Positions 9,922 through 19,386 of a stretch of DNA of 64,000 nt are shown here, one piece after another. Within the stretch, counting starts at the first letter, position 1; each line of letters starts with the position of its first letter. The translations under genes and the position numbers were made by a program. The stretch is from the sequence record ON529855.1; one strand, given 5' to 3'. Below the pieces are notes generated by a model that made no database searches, was not told where the DNA came from, and was given only the letters and a program-made list of their open reading frames with translations.

Positions 9922-11177
9922 CCGACTTCATCCACGCCTACGACCCGGAAGACGCCGCGACCGACGTCGGGCCTGTGCTGCGCCACCGGCCGATCTACAA
10001 GGTCGACGCCCTGGGCAAGATGCGCGTCTGGTTCATGGAGCGTCAGGACGAGAAGCACCGCGTCGTCGCCGGCTTCGACGGCGGGTCGCTGGTGGAAAAC
10101 GCCTGGACCGTGTGCAAGTCCAAGGGCAAGGGCAAGGCCCAGACCACGCCGCTGCAACAATGCGCCAAGGAGGTCGAGGCCCTCTACAAGAAGGCTCTGG
10201 AGCGCGACTATTACGAGACCCACGCCGAGGCCAAGGGTCCGCCGCGCAACTACCTGCCCATGCTGGCCGAAAGCTGGAAGGACACCACCTGGGACAAGTG
10301 GGTCGCCCGCCTGAAGAAGGCGGGCTCCACGCCGCTGCCGGGCACGTCCGGGGTCTACTTCCAGCCCAAGCTGGATGGCTACTGCTGCATTTCCTACGAC
10401 CGCAAGATGCAGTCTCGTGAAGGCCTGCCGATCCTGACGGCGCCCCACGTCGTCGCCGCGCTGGAATCCTTCTATGCGATGTTCCCCGGCCGACCGCTCC
10501 ACGGCGAACTCTACAACCACGACCTCAAGGAAGAGTTCGAGGCCCTGGGTTCGCTTCTGAAAAAGCAAAAGGACATCACCCAGGACCACATCGACGAGGT
10601 CGTCGCCAAGGTCCAGTTCCACATCTACGACTATCCGGGCGCCGGCGAACACCTGCCGTTCGGCGAGCGGATCGCGGCGCTGAAGCGCGACCTGATCGCG
10701 GCCGGCGTCGACCTCGACAGCGGCGTCATCCAGATCGTGGAAACGACCGAGGTCCAGGACGAGGCGCACCTGGAGACCCTGTGCGGGCTCGCCCTGGAAG
10801 CCGGTTATGAAGGCGGCATCGGCCGCCTGCACCTGGCTTACGAAAAGGCCAAGCGTTCCTGGAGCGTCATCAAGATCAAGATTTTCGACGACGCCGAGTT
10901 CGAGGTGGTGCTGGTCCTGGAGGGCGAAGGCAACTACGCCGGCTACGCCAAGGCGGTGGTCTGCTGGCTGCCGGGCGCGGACCAGTCCGAGGGGCCGACC
11001 AAGGACACCACCTTCAAGGCCGGCATCAAGGGCCAGAAAAACCAGCGCCTCAAGGACCTGCTGACCGAGGAGAACCGGATCGTGACGATCCGCTACTTCG
11101 GCTACACCTACGGCGGCACGGGCAAGCCCCGATTCGCGGTCGCCACCAAATGGCACGGCCTGGAACGGGTGCTCTGA
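9918..11177 (+). CDS. lig: ATP-dependent DNA ligase
   Basis: QPKLDG motif I, HGELY, FHIYD, GYEG, KRSW..IKIK, C-terminal OB fold (TIRYFG...KPRF). Confidence 0.92.
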   Translation: MTDFIHAYDPEDAATDVGPVLRHRPIYKVDALGKMRVWFMERQDEKHRVVAGFDGGSLVENAWTVCKSKGKGKAQTTPLQQCAKEVEALYKKALERDYYETHAEAKGPPRNYLPMLAESWKDTTWDKWVARLKKAGSTPLPGTSGVYFQPKLDGYCCISYDRKMQSREGLPILTAPHVVAALESFYAMFPGRPLHGELYNHDLKEEFEALGSLLKKQKDITQDHIDEVVAKVQFHIYDYPGAGEHLPFGERIAALKRDLIAAGVDLDSGVIQIVETTEVQDEAHLETLCGLALEAGYEGGIGRLHLAYEKAKRSWSVIKIKIFDDAEFEVVLVLEGEGNYAGYAKAVVCWLPGADQSEGPTKDTTFKAGIKGQKNQRLKDLLTEENRIVTIRYFGYTYGGTGKPRFAVATKWHGLERVL

Positions 11178-11473
11178 TGGAAACCTTCAATCGCGGCCTT
11201 GAACTGATCGGCACCGGCGCCGCCGGCCTGTTAGCATTGGTGTGCCTCATCTTCGGCGCCTGCTGGTGCGGGATGAAGGTCGGCGGCGTCCTGGAACCGC
11301 TCGTCACCTGCGCCCGCGCCCGCCAGAACGCCTGGACCGCCACGAAGGCCCTGACCCAGGTCCTGTTCTGGATCGTCGTGATCCTGGGCGCGCTGGCGGC
11401 CCTGGGCTGTCTGGTTGAACTCTTCCTCGGCGCGCCCCTGGCGGAGGCCGTCAACACTCTCGCGAGGTCCTGA
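11177..11473 (+). CDS. small membrane protein
   Basis: Two hydrophobic helices; TGATG coupling. Confidence 0.7.
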   Translation: METFNRGLELIGTGAAGLLALVCLIFGACWCGMKVGGVLEPLVTCARARQNAWTATKALTQVLFWIVVILGALAALGCLVELFLGAPLAEAVNTLARS

Positions 11474-11474
11474 C

Positions 11475-11738
11475 ATGGAACCTGACCCCACCTTCATCGA
11501 CGTCGGCATCCTCTACCTGTTCGGCCTGGGGGCTGCGACGGCTCTGATCGTCATGGGCGTCAACCTGGTGCGGCGTTTCTCAACGACCGGGTTCGCAGGC
11601 GTCTGGCGCAGCCTGCGCTATACCGCCATTGGACTTTCCCTGACCATCGCCGCCGGCGGGATCGCCATCGGCGTCCTGTTGGTCCTCGCCTACGCGATCG
11701 GCTGGATCGTCCACCTCCTGGGTTGGTGGCCCTATTGA
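11475..11738 (+). CDS. small membrane protein
   Basis: Two hydrophobic helices. Confidence 0.7.
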   Translation: MEPDPTFIDVGILYLFGLGAATALIVMGVNLVRRFSTTGFAGVWRSLRYTAIGLSLTIAAGGIAIGVLLVLAYAIGWIVHLLGWWPY

Positions 11739-12019
11739 CGGCGGACCTGGAGCGCTACTTCGGCGCCGGGGGCAGCGTCCTGATGGTCCTGTTCCTGATG
11801 GGGTTCGGTTTGTGGTGCGCCTGGCGCGTCTACGTCATCACCCGGACGCGGCGCTGGGGAACAATCCTCCGCATCGTGCATGAGTACGCCGCACCCATCT
11901 ACCCCATGTTTGTCATGCTGGCGTTGTTCGCGGTTCTCGCCGTTCTCAGCGTCGCCATCGGCTGGACCCTGGAACACCTCAACCTCTGGCCTTTTTGGCT
12001 GGCCCCTGCTACAAGCTGA
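11735..12019 (+). CDS. small membrane protein
   Basis: Two hydrophobic helices; TTG start overlapping upstream stop. Confidence 0.65.
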   Translation: MTADLERYFGAGGSVLMVLFLMGFGLWCAWRVYVITRTRRWGTILRIVHEYAAPIYPMFVMLALFAVLAVLSVAIGWTLEHLNLWPFWLAPATS

Positions 12020-12041
12020 GCCGTTAGAAGAAAGTAAGCCG

Positions 12042-12518
12042 ATGAGCACTCTGAAAGACCTCCAAGACCTCGCCCTCCAGCAGCGCAAGGCCGCCGCCCA
12101 GGGCGACGGCGGCGAGCACGCCGTCTTCCTCGCCATGATTCTGTCCGACGCCGCCGGCCTCGCCAAGAGCCAGCAGCGGTCGATGACGGACGAAGACGCC
12201 GAGACCGCCATCCGATCGACCGTCAAGGCGTTCGACAAGACCCTGGCCGGCGACGAGGCCAAGGGGCTCAAGGCGGTCGATCCCGACAGCGACTACGGGC
12301 GCAAGATGATCGCCCAGCGCGACGTCATCGCCGCCCTGGTGCCGGCGCCTCTGGACGGCCACCTGCTCGCGATGGCGATCCGCGACGCCGCCCAGGCGAC
12401 CGAGAGCGAGATCAGCGCCAAGGGCATGGGCAAGATCATGGGCTGGCTGAACGCGCAATACCCTGGCCGGGTTGACGGCGCCAAGGTCAAGGCCGTCCTG
12501 GTCTCGGGCGCCGCCTGA
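12042..12518 (+). CDS. GatB/YqeY-domain-like protein
   Basis: Helical protein with VIAALVPAPLD and KGMGKIMGWL...GRVDGAKV signature of YqeY. Confidence 0.75.
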   Translation: MSTLKDLQDLALQQRKAAAQGDGGEHAVFLAMILSDAAGLAKSQQRSMTDEDAETAIRSTVKAFDKTLAGDEAKGLKAVDPDSDYGRKMIAQRDVIAALVPAPLDGHLLAMAIRDAAQATESEISAKGMGKIMGWLNAQYPGRVDGAKVKAVLVSGAA

Positions 12519-12739
12519 TGAGCGAGGCACAGACGCGAATCGTCTACGGTGAACCCGGTGTCGGCAAGACCACGAACGCCGAACGCCTGCGGCTTAAGTT
12601 CGACTGCACGTCGATCGTCGATGATTGGAACGGGCGAGACCCCTTGGCTGCTGGAGCCCTGGCACTGACCACCTGTCCCGGCCCTTATCGTGATGCGCCG
12701 GATGTCGAGGTGCTGACCTACGAACAGGCGATGGCCTGA
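12518..12739 (+). CDS. very short P-loop protein
   Basis: GEPGVGKTT Walker A and IVDD Walker-B-like in only 73 aa. Confidence 0.7.
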   Translation: MSEAQTRIVYGEPGVGKTTNAERLRLKFDCTSIVDDWNGRDPLAAGALALTTCPGPYRDAPDVEVLTYEQAMA

Positions 12740-12741
12740 AA

Positions 12742-12780
12742 CAAAAGGCCCGCTGGATCACTCCAGCGGGCCTTTTTCTT
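12742..12780. terminator. bidirectional intrinsic terminator
   Basis: AAAAGGCCCGCTGGA-TCAC-TCCAGCGGGCCTTTTT between convergent genes. Confidence 0.85.
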
Positions 12781-13030
12781 ATCGCCGTTTCTTGAACGAC
12801 CGGGTCTTGGGCTTGAACCCCTTCACCATCGGGGCGCCGACGTGCCAATGATCGCCGTGGCGGCAGGGATAGGGCTCGACCGGCGTGGCGCCCGGAAGCG
12901 TCATCAGGTAGGCGGCGTGACGCTCGGCGTCTGTCCGTGACCGCGCGATCTTACCCCGACACTCATTCGGGGGCGCGGGGTCAACCGTTGGTGTCGGCAG
13001 GTCCCGCAAAGAGCGCAGCAGACTACCCAC
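12779..13030 (-). CDS. hypothetical protein (C/H motif, possible Zn-binding)
   Basis: C..GK..RS...A...PYPCRHGDHWH pattern. Confidence 0.7.
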   Translation of the reverse strand: MGSLLRSLRDLPTPTVDPAPPNECRGKIARSRTDAERHAAYLMTLPGATPVEPYPCRHGDHWHVGAPMVKGFKPKTRSFKKRR

Positions 13031-13535
13031 GCGACACCTTGCCCAGTCCCAGCGAGACGTTCTCCATCCGCATGTTCAGGTCGTTGAGCGCGGCGCGGAG
13101 TCCGCCGTAAACCGGGATGCCGTAACGTTCGCCCATGATGTCGATATTGCCCTTGCGCCAGAACCCGTCGGGACAACACACGATCGTCTGTTGAGGCTTG
13201 AGGGCGCAGCACAGGCCGAACTCGGCCATGGTCACGGGGCTCTTGGAGCCCGGAAGGAAGTTGAACAGGACGAAGTCGGCGCGCTCGATCATGTCGAGTT
13301 CCCAGTGGGCCTGGTTGTTGAAGGCCTCACTGTCGATCGACTGCGCCCAGGTCGAGTCCCAGGCGGCCCGGCGCGGATTGTAGATGAATTCCGCCCGCCG
13401 GCCGATGTCCTCCGCCGCCTGGGCCTGCCAGTCCTGGGACTCGCCCATGTCGATGGTGCCCGCAAGAAAGACAGTGGCTTTGCGCGAGAGCGCCCCTTTA
13501 TAGCGGATCAGGGGCGGGTAGACGACGTTGGACAC
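13023..13535 (-). CDS. nucleoside 2-deoxyribosyltransferase-like protein
   Basis: VFLAGTID...WQ, YNPRR, WELDMIERAD, SPVTMAEFG motifs of the NDT-like family. Confidence 0.82.
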   Translation of the reverse strand: MSNVVYPPLIRYKGALSRKATVFLAGTIDMGESQDWQAQAAEDIGRRAEFIYNPRRAAWDSTWAQSIDSEAFNNQAHWELDMIERADFVLFNFLPGSKSPVTMAEFGLCCALKPQQTIVCCPDGFWRKGNIDIMGERYGIPVYGGLRAALNDLNMRMENVSLGLGKVSRG

Positions 13536-13975
13536 TAGACCTCGCGAGGCGGTTGCTGGCCCGGCAGGGGCTCCAGCGCGGTGGTGATGGCGTCAACCGC
13601 CTCGTCGACCTGGGACAGACCGGCGTAGGGCATGCCATGCAGGTTCATCAGCTTGGCGAGCGCGACGATGCGCTCGGTGAGGATGAACTGGAGGTGGCGG
13701 GCGACAGGAGGGTTCAGGTCGCGAGACTTGTTGAGGTAACGCGTGACCTGGGACTTGGAGCAGCCGATCGCCTTGGCGATGTCGGCCTGCCAGTGATCCC
13801 CGTTGAGCGTAGAGCCGATCAGGCGAAAATCCTCAGGGCTCAGAATTGGCGGCGTGGGGGCCACGGCAGCCGTCTTAGCAGGGCGAGCGCTCGCTGCTCG
13901 CGCAGGCCGTCCAGGGGACTTGGCGGGGGCAGTCGCACGGCGGGCGGGGGGCGTAAGGGTGGGGGCGTCCGGCAT
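13535..13975 (-). CDS. HTH DNA-binding protein
   Basis: Low-complexity Ala/Pro/Arg N-terminus then WQADIAKAIGCSKSQVTRYL helix-turn-helix. Confidence 0.75.
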   Translation of the reverse strand: MPDAPTLTPPARRATAPAKSPGRPARAASARPAKTAAVAPTPPILSPEDFRLIGSTLNGDHWQADIAKAIGCSKSQVTRYLNKSRDLNPPVARHLQFILTERIVALAKLMNLHGMPYAGLSQVDEAVDAITTALEPLPGQQPPREV

Positions 13976-13976
13976 G

Positions 13977-14588
13977 TCATGCAGTCTCCGGGAGGGCGCC
14001 GCCGCCTTTGAGCAAGGCGGCGTATTCAAACAGGGTCATGGGGGCGTCAGCGGCGCGATTGGCCCAGGCGGCGGCGGTCCCGCCGACCTGAACGGACGCG
14101 CCGGCGCCAAGGGTTTCCGCCAGAGCGAAGGCCTGAACCCCGACGTCCGTGGGATAGTAGCGGGTCCGGCGCACCTGGAAGCCGACATGCTGATCCGTGG
14201 TGCGCAGCGCGCCGCCCTTCACCAGGCCGCGCACCGCTCCAGGCACGGAGCCGCACAGCGCGGACTGTCCGGTCTGTTCCAGATAGGCTTGGATGTCCTT
14301 GACCGCCACCCCCGGATCGTCCGCGCCCTGCACCCGCAGGGCGGACCAGGCGCTCCAGACGGCCTTGAAGATCGGCAGATGGCTCAGGGTCAGTCTCAGG
14401 GCGGGCTGGTCAGCCTTGCGCAGCACGACGGCGTCGCGTCTCGCCCCCGGCGGACTGCCGCTGATTCGACCTCCGGGGCGCACCGACGCGATCGCCGCCA
14501 TCTCAGCCGGGCGGACGATCTTGCGGCGCGGTCGGGCGCCCACCACTTCGGTGGCGCCGTCGTCGTCGATGTCGTCGAAACCCTGCAT
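13977..14588 (-). CDS. hypothetical protein, probable winged-helix C-terminus
   Basis: Promoter and GGAG RBS upstream; VKDIQAYL...VRGLVKGGAL...RYYPT pattern. Confidence 0.65.
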   Translation of the reverse strand: MQGFDDIDDDGATEVVGARPRRKIVRPAEMAAIASVRPGGRISGSPPGARRDAVVLRKADQPALRLTLSHLPIFKAVWSAWSALRVQGADDPGVAVKDIQAYLEQTGQSALCGSVPGAVRGLVKGGALRTTDQHVGFQVRRTRYYPTDVGVQAFALAETLGAGASVQVGGTAAAWANRAADAPMTLFEYAALLKGGGALPETA

Positions 14589-14622
14589 ATGCACTCCACG
14601 CCCCAGATGGGGATCAAGGGGC

Positions 14623-14655
14623 TTAACCGTATTGGAGACGCCTGTCAACGATCTC
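14623..14655 (-). promoter_or_regulatory. promoter GAGATCG-TTGACA-N16-TTAA
   Basis: Direct motif match; divergent intergenic region. Confidence 0.6.
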
Positions 14656-14735
14656 GGTCAAAAGACGTCGAGTGTTGACTGACAGCAGAGTTATGTCATA
14701 CTTGCGCTTCCCCCGCAACGAAGGAGTATCCCTGC

Positions 14736-15047
14736 ATGCAGATCAACACCCGAGGCGTGCTCCTGATCGCCGCCGTCGCCCTAATCGTGCTCAAGCTGGC
14801 CGGCGTCATCGCCTGGCCCTGGCTTGCGGTTCTCGTCCCCGCCCTGGTCTATCTGGCGCCCTTCATCTGGTCGCTCGCCTGCGCCATCGGCGCGGTCGCC
14901 GTGGGCCTGATCTTCCTGATCGGCATCCTGATCGTGGGCGCCTGCGCCAGCCTGGTTGAGGCGGTGCAGACGCAGCGCTGGAAGGCGGCGCGCCAGGCCC
15001 AGTTGAAGGCCGGCGCCCTGGAAGGCCCCTGGGACCTGCGCGCCTGA
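14736..15047 (+). CDS. membrane protein
   Basis: AAGGAG RBS; hydrophobic helices. Confidence 0.8.
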   Translation: MQINTRGVLLIAAVALIVLKLAGVIAWPWLAVLVPALVYLAPFIWSLACAIGAVAVGLIFLIGILIVGACASLVEAVQTQRWKAARQAQLKAGALEGPWDLRA

Positions 15048-15289
15048 TGGGCATGGCGACCGGATCGTCCGGCTCCAACACCATGCCGGACTGGGTTCAT
15101 GTCTACGACACCGCCGTCAGCCACAATCAGCCCGTCGGCGACGACAAGCCCGCGCCCCCGCCGAAGCGGCGCAAGCGCGCCAAGGCCCGCCAGAAGACGG
15201 TGGAGCACCTCTACGCCGATCTGATCAAGGCGGGGATCGTGCGGATCGAACGCAAGAAGGGGCAGCCGCCTCGGATCATCTGGCTCTGA
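15047..15289 (+). CDS. hypothetical basic protein
   Basis: TGATG coupling; Lys/Arg-rich. Confidence 0.65.
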   Translation: MGMATGSSGSNTMPDWVHVYDTAVSHNQPVGDDKPAPPPKRRKRAKARQKTVEHLYADLIKAGIVRIERKKGQPPRIIWL

Positions 15290-15291
15290 TA

Positions 15292-15330
15292 GAAAAACCC
15301 CGTAGGCGTCAGCCCACGGGGTTTCTTTTT
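15292..15330 (+). terminator. intrinsic terminator
   Basis: GAAAAACCCCGT...ACGGGGTTTCTTTTT. Confidence 0.75.
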
Positions 15331-15542
15331 GCGCCGACCTCCGACGTCGCGAACGCCTGGAGGCCGCCGAGGCCTGACTTTTCGACCGACTTTCACGGTC
15401 GGGTTGGTCAATCACGCCGGCCCACCTAACCCGATGGCCCCTGTTCATGAGGCGCGGCCTTGGCCCGTCGACTGACTGTACCGCACGCCCACCCTAGAGC
15501 GTGACCCGGTCAACGTCAAGATTTACGGCACTGTGAAACGCC

Positions 15543-15573
15543 AAAGGCCCCGGCGACGAGCGCCGGGGCCTTT
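15543..15573 (-). terminator. intrinsic terminator downstream of primase-helicase
   Basis: AAAGGCCCCGGCG-ACGAG-CGCCGGGGCCTTT. Confidence 0.7.
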
Positions 15574-15619
15574 CTGATCCTGCCGTATTCCCACCCGGCA
15601 GGACCGCCCGCCGGTCCCC

Positions 15620-18600
15620 TTAGGCAGCGAGGGGATCGGGCTGAGGCTGTTCTTCGAGGTACTGATCCACCCGTTGCAGGAAGAACATCGGATCGCCTTC
15701 CTCCGACAGACCCGAACGGACCAGATAGTCGAGGTTGTCGATGCGGAAGGCGCGGCCGTCCAGGTTGTGCATCTTCTTCTGGAACATGCGCTTCTTCTGG
15801 TCGTCGTTGTTGCCTTCGATGATGTCCATCTCCATGCCGTAGGCGTGGTTGAACAGGTCGCCGGTGAGCACCTTGTTGAAGCCGTACTTCTTGATCCACT
15901 CCTTCACGAAGGCGCGGATCGCCGTCTCGTCCATGTCGGCGATGGCGCTGGCGCGGTTGTCCAGGAAGCCTTCGATGCCGCAGGCCTGGAGCACGCCGCC
16001 GACCTTGCGCGACCAGTCCTCGAACGAGGCCCGCTTGCGCTCTTCGAACATCGGCTTCTCCAGGTCGATCCAATACTGGATCATCGTCAGGATGTAGCCG
16101 ACGATCTTGGAGCGGTTAGAGTTCAGGAAGTCGGTGAAGTCCTTGTGACGGAACACCCGCGTCTGGATGTCGACCGTCTTGCCGTTCAGACGCACCCAGA
16201 CGATTCGGCGCTCCATTTCCGACAGCACGATCGGGTTGTTGCCGGTGCCGATCCAGTTGAACAGGTTCGGCCGGCTGACATTGGCCGTCTTGCCCAGCAT
16301 GCGCCCGCCGATTTCCTGCGCCGTGATCGACTGGAGCAGGGCGCGGTTATTGAACTCCTTGACGTCGTCGAAGAACAGGTGAGAACGAGTCTCAATAATC
16401 GCCGACAGCAGCGACTTCTGCATCTCCTCCTCGTTCTGCGTATAACGCATCGGGGCGCTCTCCTGGCCGTCGAACAACAGCATCGGCAGCTTGCCCAACA
16501 GGGTGCCGCCGGTGCCGGGGGTCGGTTTGGAGACGAAGAAGACCGGCGTACAGCCGTTGATCATCCGTCGCATGAACGGGGTGATGATCATCGCCAAGGC
16601 GTTGGCCTCGGACGGCCCGCGCCGTTCGTTGCCGTTCGTGTCGTAGTCCAGGAAGGGGAAGTCGATCAGGACCTCTTCGCGCAGGAAGGCGACCGCCTCC
16701 TCCACCTCGTCCCAGGTCGGCGACTGCGGCACCGCGACCGTGAAGTTGATGTTCGCCATCAGGATGTTGAGGTCGGGCTTATAGCCCGGCGTCATCACCA
16801 GATCGCCGTCGGCGGTGAACAGGGGCGTATAGATGATCTCCGGCGATTGCGGCAGTTCATTGTAGCACTGCTGGTAGACGTATTCGCCGACCTCCTTGGG
16901 GATGGCCTCACGCGTGCCGTCGCCCTTCTCGGAGCGCCGCATGAAGGTCATGCGCTTGTTCATCTCCGAGCGCATCGCCGCCTCGTTCAGGACGTCGAAG
17001 GAGATGCGCCCCGTCTTGGCGTTGCGGTTCAGGCGCACGGGATCAGTCTGCACGCAGGAGAAGGTGGGTTCCTTGTCCTTCTTGTTGGTCATGGTCAGGG
17101 TGCGGAAGCAGGCGTCGAAGGCTTCGTCGAAGTTGTAGCTGCTCTCGTACTCGAACACCTCGCGGCCTTTCGGGTCCTTGATCGAGCCCTTTTCGTTCTT
17201 CGCCCGCGAAATCTCCGCGCGCGCCGACTTCAACAGCTTGGTGACGTTGGGCTGAGAGAGTTTCAGCGCCTTCCTGATCTTGGCCTCGATCTGAATGCTG
17301 CGCCGCGTCGGCAGGTTGGCTTCGATCACCGCGCGCAGGCAGTCGTCGACGTCCTCTTCCGAGGAATCCTCCGTCAGGCCGTCGACCAGCTTTTCGTAGA
17401 CCTCGCGGGCGTCGTCCTCGGCCTTGATCTTCTCGCCTTCTTCCGACAGACCTTCGGCGCCTTCCTCCAGAAGGGCGTTGTAGGTCGGGTCGTCGATGGT
17501 GTCGCGGTCGAACCAGTCGTCCTTGAGCATCTTGCCCAGGAAGTCGAGATTGGTGCGCTGCGAGCAGCTATCGTGCTGGCACTTGATGGTGAAGATTTCG
17601 CTGGGACCGTCGCCGGCGTTGACCGCGAAACAGCCCTTGTCTTCAGGATTGCCCGGATCGGAGTGATCCTCGTCGAAGGGGCACTCGATGTCGATCTTGT
17701 GGGCGCCGTTGGTGCGGATGCGGTCGTCGGCGTGATCCTTGATCAGGTCGACGATCTGGAAGCCGCCGGCCGCCTTGATCGACCAGCGGCCGAGATCGCG
17801 CCCTTCCTCGGTGGTGGACTTGGACTTCGGCTTGGTCTTGTCGGTGGCCTTGACCTCGTTGAGCACCAGGTCGAGCAGAGCGTCTCCGGTGGGCGCGTCG
17901 TCAGCGCCGCCCGAGGTCAGTTCCAGCGACTTCCAGTCCAGCAGATCGCCGCCGACGATGCGGGCTTCGAACGGCCGGTTGGCGGCGTGGCGCGGGAAGT
18001 AGAACAGACGCGACGGGTCAACGGCCGACCGGTCGAGCGGCAGGTCGCCCAGGGCCTTCGCCAGCGCGTGGCAGACCTCGCCCCACATCTTCATGCCTTC
18101 GTCGTGGGTCTTCGCCACGGCGGTGGGCACGAAGGGCTCCGTCAACGGCAGCACGATGCGGTGCTTGGGCATCGGGATGTGATCAAGCTGGACCATGAAC
18201 CCTTCCGGGTCATGGACGTCGTCGACGTATTCGACCGTCTTGATGATCGATTCGTCCCAACGCATGGTGGGTTCTTCACGCAGGAAGCGCTCGATCGTCT
18301 GCTGGTTCACGCCCTCGTCGATGTCGTGCTTCTTGCACCACTTGGCGATGCGGTCCTTCAGCATCTTGGTCGAGGTCTTGGCGTGGCTGTGGGTGGTGTA
18401 GCGCACCGCCAGCTTGCCCAGCTTGCTCAGGGCCTCGTCGATCACGGCGCCCGAGACGCCCACGTCGATGTCGAGGCCGACGCCGTAGCAGGCCTTGACG
18501 GCGGCCTTGCGCCGCTGATTGCCGACGATCTCGGCCAGGACGAAGGCCAGGCCGTCCTTGTTCTTGTCTTCGCGGTGACGCGAGAGCATGTCGACGAAGG

Positions 18601-19276
18601 TCCACACCGGCATGGCCTTGGGCGTCCACTTGACGGATTCGCGGTTGGCGCCGATGGAGATGATCATCTCGGGGGCGTAACGCGGATCGTCAAGCTGGAA
18701 CGGGCTCAGCAGCTTGGCGTCGTTGAGCGCGCCGAAGTCTTCCTCTTCCCACGGCAGGGCGTAGCCTTCCGTCTGCACCGCCGGGGCGTCGATCAGGCCT
18801 TCCGGCGCCGGCGGGGCGTCATCGGCGTAGACCTCGGCCAGTTGCGCGAAGGTGACATAGTGTTCCGGATCGAGGTGGACCAGGTCCCAGCCGTTGGCGC
18901 CGGGCGTCGGCACCGGGTCGGTCAGGAAGCCCGCCATCGCCTCGGCGATCGCCGTCACTTCCGGCGTCGCTTGAACCGCCGCATCCAGGGCGTAGGCGCA
19001 GATCAGCAGGCCGTCCTTGAACAGGACCGCCGTGGGCTTGACGACGTCATCCTGCCACTGGTCGGGCTGGGCGTTTTCGGTAAAGGCGTAGAGGAACGGC
19101 ACATCGCCGTTGGCGGTCACCGGGTCCAGATAGAGGGCCTCGGCTCCAGCGGCGGCGGCGGCCGCCTCCAGGGATTCAGGGGTGGTGATTTCTGCGGTGA
19201 CGTCACCGTAGATCAGGCGAAACGCGTCTTCGGTTGCGCTGACCAGCGCCGACAGGAATTCGTTCAGGGCTGCCAT
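15620..19276 (-). CDS. primase-polymerase / helicase-like replication protein (1218 aa)
   Basis: AEP-like motifs GLDID, YTTHSH, HRIVLPL, DPSRLFY; Zn-like CPFDEDH...CQHDSC; C-terminal P-loop-like domain (PGTGGTL, FFDDV). Confidence 0.8.
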   Translation of the reverse strand: MAALNEFLSALVSATEDAFRLIYGDVTAEITTPESLEAAAAAAGAEALYLDPVTANGDVPFLYAFTENAQPDQWQDDVVKPTAVLFKDGLLICAYALDAAVQATPEVTAIAEAMAGFLTDPVPTPGANGWDLVHLDPEHYVTFAQLAEVYADDAPPAPEGLIDAPAVQTEGYALPWEEEDFGALNDAKLLSPFQLDDPRYAPEMIISIGANRESVKWTPKAMPVWTFVDMLSRHREDKNKDGLAFVLAEIVGNQRRKAAVKACYGVGLDIDVGVSGAVIDEALSKLGKLAVRYTTHSHAKTSTKMLKDRIAKWCKKHDIDEGVNQQTIERFLREEPTMRWDESIIKTVEYVDDVHDPEGFMVQLDHIPMPKHRIVLPLTEPFVPTAVAKTHDEGMKMWGEVCHALAKALGDLPLDRSAVDPSRLFYFPRHAANRPFEARIVGGDLLDWKSLELTSGGADDAPTGDALLDLVLNEVKATDKTKPKSKSTTEEGRDLGRWSIKAAGGFQIVDLIKDHADDRIRTNGAHKIDIECPFDEDHSDPGNPEDKGCFAVNAGDGPSEIFTIKCQHDSCSQRTNLDFLGKMLKDDWFDRDTIDDPTYNALLEEGAEGLSEEGEKIKAEDDAREVYEKLVDGLTEDSSEEDVDDCLRAVIEANLPTRRSIQIEAKIRKALKLSQPNVTKLLKSARAEISRAKNEKGSIKDPKGREVFEYESSYNFDEAFDACFRTLTMTNKKDKEPTFSCVQTDPVRLNRNAKTGRISFDVLNEAAMRSEMNKRMTFMRRSEKGDGTREAIPKEVGEYVYQQCYNELPQSPEIIYTPLFTADGDLVMTPGYKPDLNILMANINFTVAVPQSPTWDEVEEAVAFLREEVLIDFPFLDYDTNGNERRGPSEANALAMIITPFMRRMINGCTPVFFVSKPTPGTGGTLLGKLPMLLFDGQESAPMRYTQNEEEMQKSLLSAIIETRSHLFFDDVKEFNNRALLQSITAQEIGGRMLGKTANVSRPNLFNWIGTGNNPIVLSEMERRIVWVRLNGKTVDIQTRVFRHKDFTDFLNSNRSKIVGYILTMIQYWIDLEKPMFEERKRASFEDWSRKVGGVLQACGIEGFLDNRASAIADMDETAIRAFVKEWIKKYGFNKVLTGDLFNHAYGMEMDIIEGNNDDQKKRMFQKKMHNLDGRAFRIDNLDYLVRSGLSEEGDPMFFLQRVDQYLEEQPQPDPLAA

Positions 19277-19386
19277 TCAAACTTCGGGGGCGGGGGTGAG
19301 CCGAGGGTGGGGCCTCGTGATGAAGCCGCACCCTCGTCTATCCCGCCTCGATTGTCAAGATTGACGGCAGTGATTGCCGTGAATTC

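Noticed and set aside
15330-15380. Short coding-like remnant (ADLRRRERLEAAEA-stop) after the terminator
   Set aside because: No start codon or RBS; too short to support even a pseudogene call.
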